From IMG/VR virus record IMGVR_UViG_2751185783_000001, positions 32,001-96,000 of that record: a stretch of 64,000 bases of DNA; one strand, 5' to 3'. This DNA is from a virus (taxonomy: Duplodnaviria > Caudoviricetes). The position numbers and the translations under genes are program-made. This document shows, piece after piece, positions 64,000-64,000 of this stretch. A model generated the notes under the pieces. The model did not search any database. It was not told the DNA's origin and worked only from the letters and a program-made list of their open reading frames with translations. The first letter of the stretch is position 1. The number at the start of each line of letters is the position of its first letter.

Positions 64000-64000
64000 G

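Larger units (their letters stand above)
19482..64000 (-). mobile_element. Siphovirus-like prophage (runs off right edge; left end 19.5 or 23.1 kb)
   Basis: Colinear replication, terminase, portal, protease, capsid, tail, tape measure and lysis genes on the minus strand. Confidence 0.9.

Overview
High-GC actinomycete DNA; the DnaB and accessory genes look Micromonosporaceae-like (my impression, no search run). Nearly the whole window is mobile DNA. From about 23.1 kb to the right edge is a siphovirus-type prophage on the minus strand. It has early genes, a replication module (HTH initiator with internal iterons, loader, DnaB), terminases, a portal-MuF fusion, a 1231-aa multi-ADP-ribosyltransferase head-region protein, capsid and tail genes, a tape measure and a lysis cassette. 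A holin-like gene at 19.5 kb suggests the phage extends that far left, around a plus-strand insert carrying a second HTH initiator and an iteron array. Head-on against it lies an AICE/Streptomyces-plasmid-like transfer operon (8.9-19.4 kb: membrane spread-type proteins, a TraB/FtsK-like ATPase, a membrane-anchored GIY-YIG). Divergent from that is a replication operon with a Cro-like HTH, a D5/SF3 helicase lacking a primase domain, a 23-bp inverted repeat, a Cys-rich protein and a family A DNA polymerase with unusual motif A/B residues. A toxin-antitoxin/nuclease cluster (1.9-3.9 kb) and XRE-CutA-hydrolase genes complete the left end. No integrase, att site, RNA gene or CRISPR array was found. 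Top candidates for novelty: (i) a possible conjugative prophage with three replication modules, (ii) a PolA/accessory protein/SF3 helicase module with no primase, (iii) a frame-independent CTYACCG array inside a membrane-anchored HTH gene, and (iv) a triple-ART virion protein. All family calls are from motif recognition by eye.
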